A stretch of 56,425 bases of DNA from Lentimicrobiaceae bacterium (GTDB lineage: Bacteria; Bacteroidota; Bacteroidia; Bacteroidales; Lentimicrobiaceae): NCBI GenBank assembly GCA_041670625.1, contig JBAXYX010000001.1, positions 1-56,425 on the forward strand. The letters are read 5' to 3'. Position numbers and translations under genes: made by a program. The notes beneath the pieces are model-generated. The model did not search any database. It was not told the origin of the DNA and saw nothing but the letters and a program-made list of their open reading frames with translations. Shown one piece after another: positions 10,544 to 20,402 of the stretch (position 1 is its first letter; the number at the start of each line of letters is the position of its first letter).

Positions 10544-11482
10544 TTGAGTATTCACGGTTACATTATGAATATTAAGCAAATCATGACTGTTAAAAAACGC
10601 ACTTTTATTATTTATCTTAGTTCACTTTTATTACTCGGCACTATATTAAGCAGTTGTGATTCCAAAGATAACGATGACCTGGTTCCCTCCTATTTACACA
10701 TTGAAAAATTAGATCTCTCAACAACATTTAGCCAGGGGACTGCTTCCTCCTCTATCACTGATGCATGGGTATATATTGATGGAACCCTTATAGGATGTTT
10801 TGAATTACCGGCAACCATTCCTCTCCTATATGAAGGCAAACAGAACGTAACAGTTCGACCGGGTATTAAAATAAACGGAATTGCCAACACAAGAAGTATT
10901 TATCCTTTTTATGCTGATCTCAAAGATCAGATTGTGCTGTTAAAGGACAGTGTGATAAACTGGACAAAAAATACGGTTACATATAAGTCTAACACTCTTT
11001 TCCCATGGCAGGAAAATTTCGAGCTTTCAGGGATTTCTCTTGACACAACGTCCAAAAGTACCGTAGACATAACCAAAACTTCTGATTCTGAATTAATTTT
11101 CCCTGAACAGGATAACTTCTATTCAGGCATGATAACCATGGATCAGGATACTTCCATATTTGAAGCTGTGACTGTTGAAAAATTTGAATTCCCTAGTAGC
11201 GGCAATTCCGTTTTCCTTGAAATGAATTACAAGATCAACCATAACTTGGTTGTGGGAGTATTTTACCTGGCTTCAGGACTTCAAGTTCAACGTCCTCTAA
11301 TAATTCTTAACAAAACTGACGAATGGAAAAAAATCTACATAAACCTTACTGTTCCAAAATATGATACACCAAGTGCTACTGACTTTCAGGTATTCTTTGG
11401 TGCAGAGAAAAAAGATGGAACTGAGAATGCAGTTTTCCTTCTTGATAACATTAAGCTCGTGCATTTTAATATGACAAAATGA
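10544..11482 (+). CDS. putative lipoprotein (true start probably slightly downstream)
   Basis: Lipobox ILSSC followed by acidic DSKDNDD; beta-rich body. Confidence 0.75.
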   Translation: MSIHGYIMNIKQIMTVKKRTFIIYLSSLLLLGTILSSCDSKDNDDLVPSYLHIEKLDLSTTFSQGTASSSITDAWVYIDGTLIGCFELPATIPLLYEGKQNVTVRPGIKINGIANTRSIYPFYADLKDQIVLLKDSVINWTKNTVTYKSNTLFPWQENFELSGISLDTTSKSTVDITKTSDSELIFPEQDNFYSGMITMDQDTSIFEAVTVEKFEFPSSGNSVFLEMNYKINHNLVVGVFYLASGLQVQRPLIILNKTDEWKKIYINLTVPKYDTPSATDFQVFFGAEKKDGTENAVFLLDNIKLVHFNMTK

Positions 11483-12897
11483 ACAGAAAATTACAAGTTG
11501 CACGGTATGTAATTGCTGATTTATTAGCTGCGTTTATTGCTTGGGCAATCTTCTTTGTCTATCGCAAATACAGTGTTGATCCTAATATTTTCGATCACCC
11601 TGAAGCTATTTACCAGGATACCAATCTTATATATGGATTAATCTTCATCCCGATTTTTTGGTTATGCCTCTATATCATGATGGGCACCTACCGCCGAATA
11701 TTTCGGAAAGCGAGGCTTAGAGAATTAGGGCAGACTCTGCTGATTACGATTATAGGTGTTATTATCCTGTTTTTTGCTCTGATAATTGATGATGTGATTA
11801 CCGAGTATCATCATTATTATAATTCAATACTTGTTCTTTTTTGCTGTCACTTTATTCTCACCTATTCATTACGGTTATTATTAACTTCAGTTACTACTTA
11901 TAAGATTCATCATAAATTACTGGGTTTTAATACTATTATTGTAGGTAGCAATGGCAATGCAATTAGTATTTACAATGAAATTGAAAATCAGGAAAAGACA
12001 AGTGGGAACCACTTCGTTGGCTTTGTTAATGCAGCTTCCTATAAAGATTATAAGCTTGAAAAATTTCTGCCTCACCTTGGGCAAATTAACCAGCTAAAAC
12101 AGATTATAATGGAACATAATGTGGAGGAAGTCATAATTGCCACAGAAAGATCGGAGGTTAAGACCATCGAACAGATTATTACAGAAGTTGAAGATACTAA
12201 CGTCATCATAAAAGTCATTCCTGATATGCAGGACTATTTACTGGGAACCATACGCTCGACTTCTATCTTCCATACGCCATTATTAGAAATTTCGCCAGAT
12301 TTGATGCCCGCATGGCAACAATCAATTAAGCGAATAATTGACATCTGCGTTTCAATTATTGCAATGATTATCCTTTTCCCTGCATATATTTGCGTTGCTA
12401 TTGGGATTAAAATGACTTCAAGGGGTCCTGTCTTTTATCGCCAAAAACGCGTTGGCATACATGGCAAGCACTTTACCATGGTTAAATTCCGCAGTATGTA
12501 TTGTGATGCAGAAAAAAACGGGGTGCCTCAGTTATCTTCCAAAGAAGATCCTCGGATCACTTCATTTGGACTATTCCTGCGTAAAGTTCGTCTGGATGAG
12601 ATTCCACAATTCTGGTCAGTACTTATAGGAGACATGTCATTAGTAGGTCCTCGCCCTGAACGACAGTTTTTTATTGATCAGATTGTACAGTGTGCGCCTC
12701 ATTACAGATTACTGCAAAAAGTAAAACCGGGTATTACCTCATGGGGACAGGTTAAGTATGGTTACGCTGAAAATGTTGATGAAATGGTTGAGCGCTTAAA
12801 GTTTGATATCCTTTATATTGAAAACATGTCATTAGCTATGGACTTTAAAATACTCATCTATACCGTACTGATTGTATTACAAGGCAGAGGTAAATAG
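11479..12897 (+). CDS. polyprenyl-phosphate glycosylphosphotransferase (WcaJ/WbaP-like sugar transferase)
   Basis: N-terminal TMs, KFRSM, RLDEIPQ, GDMSLVGPRPE, KPGITSWGQV. Confidence 0.92.
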   Translation: MNRKLQVARYVIADLLAAFIAWAIFFVYRKYSVDPNIFDHPEAIYQDTNLIYGLIFIPIFWLCLYIMMGTYRRIFRKARLRELGQTLLITIIGVIILFFALIIDDVITEYHHYYNSILVLFCCHFILTYSLRLLLTSVTTYKIHHKLLGFNTIIVGSNGNAISIYNEIENQEKTSGNHFVGFVNAASYKDYKLEKFLPHLGQINQLKQIIMEHNVEEVIIATERSEVKTIEQIITEVEDTNVIIKVIPDMQDYLLGTIRSTSIFHTPLLEISPDLMPAWQQSIKRIIDICVSIIAMIILFPAYICVAIGIKMTSRGPVFYRQKRVGIHGKHFTMVKFRSMYCDAEKNGVPQLSSKEDPRITSFGLFLRKVRLDEIPQFWSVLIGDMSLVGPRPERQFFIDQIVQCAPHYRLLQKVKPGITSWGQVKYGYAENVDEMVERLKFDILYIENMSLAMDFKILIYTVLIVLQGRGK

Positions 12898-13311
12898 GAT
12901 CTGCTGATTAAGTAAAAAAGCCTTGTCCGCTAGCGGATTGTTTCTAAATTTGGGGTAACTAATGCATGGATTTATGAGTAAGACCCATAAAAAGCTTGTA
13001 CCGACTCCCAAATATGTCAGTCCGGCGCAGTTGTATCAAGAAGGATTTGAGACACCCTTTGATCGTTTACTCAACCCAGGGAACCGTTAGGTAGTATTGG
13101 CACTATTGATTCCATGGGATGAGATATGTAATATTTGTCTTAATCACATTGGCATCAGTTCCACAGGTCGGCCACCTATAAGCTTCAGGATAGTCATCAG
13201 ATCCCTTATTATTAAGTATTGCTGTCCGGTAAAAACGTAAAAACATAAAATATAGGTTCATATTGCCCGTAAAATGGTAATCCTAACTATTTTTTTGAAA
13301 AGTAAGCCCCT

Positions 13312-13383
13312 CTAATCAAAAAGAGACGGTTCTGGAGGTGAAGAATTAAACTGATGAATGATTGGTAGCCAGGCCTTTTCTGA
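13312..13383 (-). pseudogene. IS4-family transposase C-terminal remnant
   Basis: Reads SEKAWLPIIHQFNSSPPEPSLFD*, like Bacteroidales IS4 transposase C-termini, in the same orientation as the N-terminal remnant. Confidence 0.6.
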
Positions 13384-13386
13384 GAA

Positions 13387-13470
13387 GCAGTCAGCATTCA
13401 GTAATCAGCAATCAGTAGTCATCACTAAGAACCAAGAACTCACTACTCACTACTCACCACTCACTACCCT
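13387..13470. repeat. degenerate heptamer tandem array (12 units in register)
   Basis: gcagtca gcattca gtaatca gcaatca gtagtca tcactaa gaaccaa gaactca ctactca ctactca ccactca ctaccct. Confidence 0.85.
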
Positions 13471-14091
13471 TTGGCTGTTCGATACGGTAAATATCTTCCC
13501 CTTCCCTTCTGCTCTCTTGAAGGTAATGAATGCATACAACTCTTTCCCTACTGCTTCGGCAGGTAAATCCAACTCGATGGTTCCATCCCGACGGATGGCA
13601 GCATGGGTGTTTACGTGACTGTATGCTTTATCAGTGGTGGCGACTGACAACATGACGATGTCATCATCACGGAAGCCGAGGTCGGGCTGGGTGCCTTGCC
13701 AGGTGATGGTAAGCCGGTTGGGAGCGGCGAGTTCTGCATGCAACTCCCCGGCACCCGACAGCCGTCCTTTGCTCACGGTGAGCCAGGCCAAACCTTCGGC
13801 TTTCTGCTCCCGAAGGGCATTGTTGTAGTTGTCCAAATTGGCCGACATCGCTTCCTGAAATGCCGAGCGCCTATAAGCTGCTTCGCCATATCCTATGGTG
13901 ATGTGTTCCTTGAACATCTGCATCAACGACATCACGAAGGCGAAGTTACTTTGCGCCTTTTTGACTTTGGTGGAGTTGATTTTACGAACACCTGTGGGTA
14001 AGGTGCGCATAGCTTTCTTACCGTATATTTCATATAATACCACCTGTCCGACGGTGCCCGACAGGGTTTCTCCTTTTCTTACGATGGCCAT
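13450..14091 (-). CDS. DUF6266-like protein of unknown function (passenger gene)
   Basis: N-terminal LSGTVGQVVLY..GK..MRTLP motif, LTVSKGRLSG, C-terminal beta-rich region ending VSNS. Intact 213-aa frame, visibly more GC-rich than the flanks. Confidence 0.75.
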   Translation of the reverse strand: MAIVRKGETLSGTVGQVVLYEIYGKKAMRTLPTGVRKINSTKVKKAQSNFAFVMSLMQMFKEHITIGYGEAAYRRSAFQEAMSANLDNYNNALREQKAEGLAWLTVSKGRLSGAGELHAELAAPNRLTITWQGTQPDLGFRDDDIVMLSVATTDKAYSHVNTHAAIRRDGTIELDLPAEAVGKELYAFITFKRAEGKGKIFTVSNSQRVVSGE

Positions 14092-14121
14092 TGTTTTCTG
14101 TATTAAGTGTAATAATATACA

Positions 14122-14137
14122 TCAAATATCGTGCCAA
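14122..14137 (-). promoter_or_regulatory. candidate sigma54 -24/-12 element upstream of the DUF6266-like gene
   Basis: Minus strand TTGGCACGATATTTGA against consensus TGGCACG-N4-TTGC; ends 30 nt before the ATG at 14091. Confidence 0.45.
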
Positions 14138-14151
14138 TGCGTACTCATTTA

Positions 14152-14220
14152 GGATTAAATACGAGCTTCAGACGCATTTATACGTATATAGTCCGTGTTA
14201 AGTTCGTATTTAATCCGCGT
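14152..14220. repeat. 10-11 bp periodic degenerate repeat bounded by a 17-bp inverted repeat
   Basis: CG at 14162, 14173, 14183, 14194, 14205 and 14216. IR arms ggattaaatacgagctt (14152-14168) and aagttcgtatttaatcc (14200-14216), one mismatch. Confidence 0.7.
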
Positions 14221-14298
14221 TAACTAAAAATTTGAATGATATGTAAATTCGGGTTGGCAGTTTCAGGAGTTCAATTTCAAAAGGTCATGATCGTTAAG

Positions 14299-14549
14299 TC
14301 GGGTGTAACGCAGGTTCTTCTTCATTTTGGTTACATAGAATACCCCATGCTTACAACGATTTCACGAAGAGAATCATAGCGCATCAAACCTGCAAATAGC
14401 ATTATTACAAAGTGAGAGTAACCATCAAGTTTTTGGGTATAACGATCGTGACCTCCTTTTGAGCTTAATCGCACTATTTCTTGAACATCGGTCAATTGTA
14501 ATAGTTATGCATGGAGCGGCTGTCGGGTAAAATATGCATTTTTGCCCAT
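14299..14549 (-). pseudogene. IS4-family transposase N-terminal (DUF4372-like) remnant fused to an internal fragment
   Basis: MGKNAYFTRQPLHA*LLQL...GGHDRYTQKLDGYSHFVIMLFAGLMRYDSLREI (stop at 14505-14507), then in another frame GVFYVTKMKKNLRY. Confidence 0.8.
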
Positions 14550-15441
14550 AAATATGTCCTTTTGGGTGTCGTAACTGCAAAGGAAGTAAAAAAGGCTGGA
14601 TTCCAAGAGAGGAAAACAGCCTTGATTTTTTGCCCCACTCATTTTTACCGGACAGCAATAATTATTAAGCACCTATGCAACCTGGATGACCGGGAGACCG
14701 TAGATAAAATTTCGGAGAACCTCTGTATGCAATATTTTTCGGGCATCCCGGCTTCAGCTATAAAGCCCCATTTGATTTCTCACTGTTAACAGATTTTCAC
14801 AAAAGATTGGGCATAAAGTAGGTAAATGCCATTAATGAGCGAATCATAGCTTTGAAAGCTAAGCTTGAATCGCAACAGGATAATGCTCTTCAATCTGAGG
14901 ATAAAGACTCTTCACAAGGCAATGTTCAGGGATCAGACAATATAGACCGGTTGATTTTTGATACACCAGCTTGCCCACAGGATACTTAACCCGCTCAAAC
15001 AGATAGGCCTGAAAGAAAAGTAGATCAAGCTTTTAGCAAGGCCACTTGGCAGACCATTGACAGTGTCAATTCACTTTAGTCAGGGAGAAAGGAATCCAAT
15101 AGAAGGTAAGTTCGGGCATTCTGAGACTGATTAAGGGTTAAACCGCATTCCGGTAAGGCTAAAAAAGGAACAAACGAAACGTGGATTGCGGGTATAATAT
15201 TGGTGCTCAATCTGGTCAAACACGCACTGTTGGGTATAGAAAAATTAAGCCATCCGCCTCTATATCTATGCCATAGTAAAAATGCCAGTTATGAATAGCT
15301 CACTTGCTGAATCCATACGACATTATTGATAAAGTCAAAGGCGGAGTTTTTCAGCAGCTCCAACATAAACCTTTTCTTTGAATTTATCTTAATTTACTTT
15401 GATTGTCTGGGGTCAAGCTTAATTTATTTAAATGTATCCAG

Positions 15442-16023
15442 TCAGATTGTACCATTTTCAATCCGTTGTACAATAATCTCAATATCCCTGTCATTCCCTT
15501 TGGGATCATATTTTTCCTTTAGATTATAACCAAACAGACGACTTAAATTTTGCCAGAAGAAGGCCACAAAAGTCCCTCTCAATTCCTTGACTATATGATA
15601 AGTTGGATCTCCTGTCTCCCTGTCGACTAGTTTTAGAAGGATTCTTCCCTGTGTAAAAGTTAGTGATTTTATCTCATCACCAAATTCAGCTTTCAAGTCA
15701 TCCTCTGCTCTCCTATATAATCGTTTTTGCTCCTTTTCAGACAGGCCTGCCATCATTGCATCATATTCTCTGAGTTTGATACCGGCAAGTTTGGCATACG
15801 GATATACTTTCTTTACGTTACGGACCAAACGGTCGTAACGCCTTTGATCTGATGGCGTACGGTAGATAATGTAACTCTTGATTCTGACGACTGGTAAATC
15901 AATCATAGGAATAGTGTCACCATCCACTACTTTTGCTTTTACAATTAAGAATTGATTTGATTGTGAGAAGGCAGTGGGTAGCAGGAAAAATAGAAACAAT
16001 ATACTGTATAGCAAACGGTTCAT
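15442..16023 (-). CDS. DUF4294 family protein
   Basis: RLVRNVKKVYPYAK, LTFTQGRILLKLVDRETG, FFWQ motifs. Confidence 0.85.
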   Translation of the reverse strand: MNRLLYSILFLFFLLPTAFSQSNQFLIVKAKVVDGDTIPMIDLPVVRIKSYIIYRTPSDQRRYDRLVRNVKKVYPYAKLAGIKLREYDAMMAGLSEKEQKRLYRRAEDDLKAEFGDEIKSLTFTQGRILLKLVDRETGDPTYHIVKELRGTFVAFFWQNLSRLFGYNLKEKYDPKGNDRDIEIIVQRIENGTI

Positions 16024-16052
16024 GAACCAACTATTTTACAGTCTATACTAAC

Positions 16053-16086
16053 AAAAAAAGTGCCGATTTATAATAAATCAACACTT
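16053..16086 (-). terminator. putative intrinsic terminator after clpX
   Basis: Minus-strand stem aagtgttgattta / taaatcggcactt followed by a T run. Confidence 0.6.
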
Positions 16087-16107
16087 ATATCGATTTTTTT
16101 AACACTA

Positions 16108-17337
16108 TTAGGCAACAAGCAATCTTGAATGACTCACCTTACTGAGTTTTTCTTCAGCATATGGACGAGTTAGTTTAAACTCTTTGATGGATTGATCAGA
16201 AGGAAGCTCATACATTGCATCAGTTAAAATGGACTCCATAATAGATCTTAAACCTCTTGCACCTAATTTAAACTCAATTGCCTTATCAACTATGAAGTCA
16301 TACACTTGCTCATTGATAGTCAACTTGACCCCGTCCAACTCAAATAACTGCGTGAATTGCTTAACCAACGAGTTCTTAGGTTCTGTCAATATCTGGCGGA
16401 GCGCTGATTTATCAAGAGGACTCAGATAAGTTACTACTGGCATACGGCCCACGAGTTCAGGAATAAGTCCAAAGCTCTTTAAATCCTGAGGAGCTACATA
16501 CTGCAACAGATTTGTTTTATCAATCTCCTGTTCTTTATTGGTAGAATATCCAATTACATTAGCCTGAACACGAGATGCTATATTTTTCTCTATTCCGTCA
16601 AATGCCCCTCCGGCAATAAACAGGATGTTTTGGGTATTTATTTGAATCATCCGTTGTTCAGGATGTTTACGACCTCCCTGGGGAGGAACATTTACGACTG
16701 CCCCTTCCAATAATTTGAGCAGAGCCTGTTGAACACCTTCACCCGATACATCACGCGTGATGGAAGGATTATCACTCTTACGAGCTATTTTATCTATCTC
16801 GTCAATAAATACAATACCTTTCTCTGCAGCAGCAACATCATAATCTGCTGTCTGCAGCAACCGTGACAGGATACTTTCAACATCCTCCCCTACGTATCCT
16901 GCTTCAGTAAGTACCGTTGCATCAGCAATGCAGAATGGAACATTAAGTAACTTAGCAATTGTACGGGCCAGTAATGTTTTCCCGGTTCCAGTGGCACCAA
17001 TCAGAATCAGGTTTGATTTTTCAATTTCAACCTCATCCAACTTTGTTGAAGGTTGATTGATACGTTTATAATGGTTATATACCGCAACTGCCAAAATCTT
17101 TTTGGCATCATCCTGCCCGATAACATACTGATCAAGGTATTGCTTGATCTCAACAGGTTTATGCAGTTTGATTTTAGAAAAGTCTTTATCCTTGATTGCC
17201 TTTGATTCTTCTTTTATTATATCCTCTGCCTGCTCTACGCAATAATTACATATGTGAGCATCTAACCCCGAAATCAGCATATTAGTTTCGCTGCGTGGTC
17301 TGCCACAAAATGAACATCTTTCTTCTTTCTTTGGCAT
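16108..17337 (-). CDS. clpX: ATP-dependent Clp protease ATP-binding subunit ClpX
   Basis: CSFCG zinc finger, [30 protein letters not shown]. Confidence 0.97.
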   Translation of the reverse strand: MPKKEERCSFCGRPRSETNMLISGLDAHICNYCVEQAEDIIKEESKAIKDKDFSKIKLHKPVEIKQYLDQYVIGQDDAKKILAVAVYNHYKRINQPSTKLDEVEIEKSNLILIGATGTGKTLLARTIAKLLNVPFCIADATVLTEAGYVGEDVESILSRLLQTADYDVAAAEKGIVFIDEIDKIARKSDNPSITRDVSGEGVQQALLKLLEGAVVNVPPQGGRKHPEQRMIQINTQNILFIAGGAFDGIEKNIASRVQANVIGYSTNKEQEIDKTNLLQYVAPQDLKSFGLIPELVGRMPVVTYLSPLDKSALRQILTEPKNSLVKQFTQLFELDGVKLTINEQVYDFIVDKAIEFKLGARGLRSIMESILTDAMYELPSDQSIKEFKLTRPYAEEKLSKVSHSRLLVA

Positions 17338-17375
17338 TTCTTATTATTTAGTGACTTCTCTTTTCAAAAACAAAC

Positions 17376-18050
17376 TTACTTGTTTCCTTTTAAAAGAACC
17401 TCATCAATCATTCCGTATTCCTTTGCCTCGATAGCAGTCATCCAGTAATCCCTATCAGAATCTTTTTCTATTTTCTTAAAAGTTTGATTGGAATGATCAG
17501 CAATGATTTCGTATAATTCTTTTTTAAGTTTCAGGATTTCGCGTGTTGTGATTTCAATATCCGAAGCCTGACCCTGTGCACCTCCCATAGGTTGGTGGAT
17601 CAGGATGCGGGAATGCTTCAGAGCTGTACGCTTTCCTTTTGCACCAGCACATAACAACACAGCTCCCATAGAAGCGGCCATACCTGTACAAATTGTAGCA
17701 ACATCCGGTGATATATACTGCATGGTATCATAAATACCTAAACCGGCATAAACACTACCACCGGGAGTATTAAGATATATTTGTATGTCCTTCTTTGAAT
17801 CTACCGACTCAAGAAACAGCAACTGCGCCTGAATAATATTGGCTACGTCATCATCAATAGGGGTACCCAGAAAAATAATTCTATCCATCATCAGACGGGA
17901 GAATACATCCATGGTGGCAATATTGAGCTGACGTTCCTCAATAATGGTAGGTGAAATGTAACCTGCAATTGTTGACTGGAATTTGTGCAGACTCAGACTG
18001 CTTATTCCTAAATGTTTGGTAGCGTATTTATTAAATTCATTTTGTTCCAT
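17376..18050 (-). CDS. clpP: ATP-dependent Clp protease proteolytic subunit (start placed at MEQNEF)
   Basis: [32 protein letters not shown]. Confidence 0.97.
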   Translation of the reverse strand: MEQNEFNKYATKHLGISSLSLHKFQSTIAGYISPTIIEERQLNIATMDVFSRLMMDRIIFLGTPIDDDVANIIQAQLLFLESVDSKKDIQIYLNTPGGSVYAGLGIYDTMQYISPDVATICTGMAASMGAVLLCAGAKGKRTALKHSRILIHQPMGGAQGQASDIEITTREILKLKKELYEIIADHSNQTFKKIEKDSDRDYWMTAIEAKEYGMIDEVLLKGNK

Positions 18051-18057
18051 AACTTCT

Positions 18058-19410
18058 TTATTTTGATGAAGCCAGCTTAATAAACTCCTCATAACTTAAG
18101 TTTGCCTGAATAGGTTGAATTTTTTCTTTCAACAAAGCAATAAGTTTAGTTTCAAAGAGTTGATTTTTGATTCTGCTTGCATCTTCTTTATTTTTCATAA
18201 AAGATTCAGCAATACTGTCAATTCTATTTTTGGTCTCTTCGTCCATATCTACCGATCCCGGTCTACGGAAATATCCTCTGAAGACGTCTTTAACTTCCTC
18301 GTCAGATACTAAAATTCCATGTTCAATGACTAATTTGTTTTCAATTAATTGCCAGCGTAACGAACGTGCGTATTCCGAAAAATCTCTTTCAACATCCTCA
18401 ACAGTTAATTTTTCCTGGTTTGTTTCAACCAGCCATCTCTTTACAAATTCATCAGGCAGCGTAATATTTGCTTTTGAAATTAGCTTTTCAATAGTGTCAT
18501 TAAGGAACTTTCTTTCTGATTCAGTTGCAAATGACTTACTAATCTCAATCTTTATCCGATCCAATATTTGCTCTTCAGTCTTGATTTCTTCACCCGGGAA
18601 AATTTTGTCAAAGAATTCTTCATTCATTTCAGCCGGTTTCATGCGGTTTATACCAGTAATGGTAAAACTGAAATCAGAATTCAATCCTTCAGCCTGTTCA
18701 GTCTTAACACCAAGCATAGTTGCTATTTCATTAACATTTTCAGTAATCCTGGCGGGATTAACTTTAACAGTAGTACCTACAGTTAATCCTGTAAATAAAC
18801 TTACTGCCTGCTCGGCTTTAAGAAGTGAAGTATTTATTGATCCTGATGATTTAATGCCTTCCTGTTTTTCAATTCCATCCTGATTTAGTTCAATAAAATC
18901 ACCCTTTACAAAGTCGTTCTTCTCAACAATGTCAACGTCAATAGTCTCTCCCTGTCGGTTTCTGATATCAACCAGATAGTCAGAAGCCATTTTGTCAGTT
19001 GGTTCTATATTGTATAAGGGTACGTCCACTTCAGATGAAAGATTTACTTCAAATGAAGGAGCCAAACCAAGGTCAAAATAAAAGCTTAATTCATTTTGAT
19101 TAGTCCAGTCAACTTCTTGTGTTTTATCAGTATTTGGAAGTGGATTTCCTAATAACTGAAGGTTATTATCTTTGATATAATTCTCAAGCGCATCACTTAA
19201 AAGTTTATTGATTTCGTCAGCGGTAGCAGCTTGTCCATACATTTTTTTCGTAAGGCTGAAAGGCACTTTACCTGGTCTGAACCCCGGCATCTGAGCTTTC
19301 CGTTGGTAATCCTTCAATACTTTATTAACTTTCTCCTCATAGTCGACTGGCGACAAATCAATTTTAAGAGTTGCGGTTAGCTCACCTGTTTTCTGAAGTT
19401 CAATATTCAT
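18058..19410 (-). CDS. tig: trigger factor
   Basis: GFRPGKVP ribosome-binding motif; tig-clpP-clpX gene order. Confidence 0.95.
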   Translation of the reverse strand: MNIELQKTGELTATLKIDLSPVDYEEKVNKVLKDYQRKAQMPGFRPGKVPFSLTKKMYGQAATADEINKLLSDALENYIKDNNLQLLGNPLPNTDKTQEVDWTNQNELSFYFDLGLAPSFEVNLSSEVDVPLYNIEPTDKMASDYLVDIRNRQGETIDVDIVEKNDFVKGDFIELNQDGIEKQEGIKSSGSINTSLLKAEQAVSLFTGLTVGTTVKVNPARITENVNEIATMLGVKTEQAEGLNSDFSFTITGINRMKPAEMNEEFFDKIFPGEEIKTEEQILDRIKIEISKSFATESERKFLNDTIEKLISKANITLPDEFVKRWLVETNQEKLTVEDVERDFSEYARSLRWQLIENKLVIEHGILVSDEEVKDVFRGYFRRPGSVDMDEETKNRIDSIAESFMKNKEDASRIKNQLFETKLIALLKEKIQPIQANLSYEEFIKLASSK

Positions 19411-19474
19411 TTTTTTAATAATAAAATTAAAATCTCTTTTAGTTTTTTAACCGGATGGTCCTCGGTTGATTGTG

Positions 19475-19482
19475 CAAAGATA
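19475..19482 (-). promoter_or_regulatory. -7 element TATCTTTG upstream of tig
   Basis: TAnnTTTG match on the minus strand in the intergenic region. Confidence 0.55.
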
Positions 19483-19508
19483 GTGATTATAATTAAATTA
19501 GAGCCTTT

Positions 19509-19751
19509 TTACTCGTTGCGACGTATCACCTCAATAGTAAAGTTTGCGACAAGAGCAGCTAAAGCACCAACAGCAGCGAGTACCGGAGCAAAAATCGCAC
19601 CAATCACTCCAATTGTCACAGGAATTTCCATATATACAGTACCATCCTCGTTTTTAATGATAATACGGCTAACATTACCTGCATGAATAAGTTCTTTTAT
19701 TTTACCAAGAAGTTCTTCACCTTTTACCTTAAACTCTTCTTTTGTTTGCAT
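19509..19751 (-). CDS. DUF4342 family small protein
   Basis: KIKELIHAGNVSRIIIK...EIPVTIG...LAAVGALAAL. Confidence 0.85.
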   Translation of the reverse strand: MQTKEEFKVKGEELLGKIKELIHAGNVSRIIIKNEDGTVYMEIPVTIGVIGAIFAPVLAAVGALAALVANFTIEVIRRNE

Positions 19752-19858
19752 GGTATTTGATTTTATGTTACGAAGATACATAAAAATAAGCAAAAAAATA
19801 CAATCAGAATGCTAGTGCATTACAAGAATCAACACTCATTTTCATTAATCAAAGTCAC

Positions 19859-19900
19859 AAAAAAATTACTACATCGTAAGATAAACCTACGATGTAGTAA
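19859..19900 (-). terminator. intrinsic terminator after the V-ATPase operon
   Basis: IR ttactacatcgta (19866-19878) / tacgatgtagtaa (19888-19900) followed by T7 on the minus strand. Confidence 0.75.
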
Positions 19901-19920
19901 ATAATTAAATCTTCTGAATA

Positions 19921-20379
<459 letters not shown>

Positions 20380-20402
20380 TTACTCTCCTTTAATTAATTG
20401 TG

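Larger units (their letters stand above)
13217..14660 (-). mobile_element. non-autonomous IS4-family derivative carrying a passenger gene
   Basis: Perfect 19-bp TIRs tattgctgtccggtaaaaa (13217-13235) and tttttaccggacagcaata (14642-14660); 9-bp direct repeats attattaag at 13208-13216 and 14661-14669. Confidence 0.92.
12974..15220 (+). pseudogene. IS5-family transposase pseudogene, interrupted and internally deleted
   Basis: MSKTHKK...FETPF...NR*VVLALLIPWDEI...GRPP...SLIIK continues in frame as HLCNLDDRETVDKISENLCMQYF once 13217-14669 is removed. The C-terminal remnant GERNPIEGKFG...TWIAGIILVLNLVK starts at 15084. Contains stops and frameshifts. Confidence 0.85.
12897..15361 (+). mobile_element. 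degenerate IS5-family element (host of the nested insertion)
   Basis: Imperfect terminal IRs ggatctgctgattaag (12897-12912) and gtttttcagcagctcc (15346-15361), 12/16 matching; transposase remnants lie between them. Confidence 0.75.

Noticed and set aside
13358-14152. Plus-strand ORFs over the passenger gene
   Set aside because: They are antisense to the DUF6266-like gene, and one partly translates the heptamer array; no recognisable motifs.
14425-14789. ORF-track calls 14425-14658 (-) and 14511-14789 (+)
   Set aside because: Chance frames across the IS4 end. Only the part of the + ORF after 14661 is real IS5 transposase remnant.
12890-15368. Target-site duplication for the outer IS5 relic
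   Set aside because: The flanks (taaata / aacata) give no convincing duplication, so the outer boundaries rest on imperfect IRs only.
18167-18883. 238-aa ORF on the + strand
   Set aside because: Antisense shadow of tig, S/L/I/F-rich with no domain signal.
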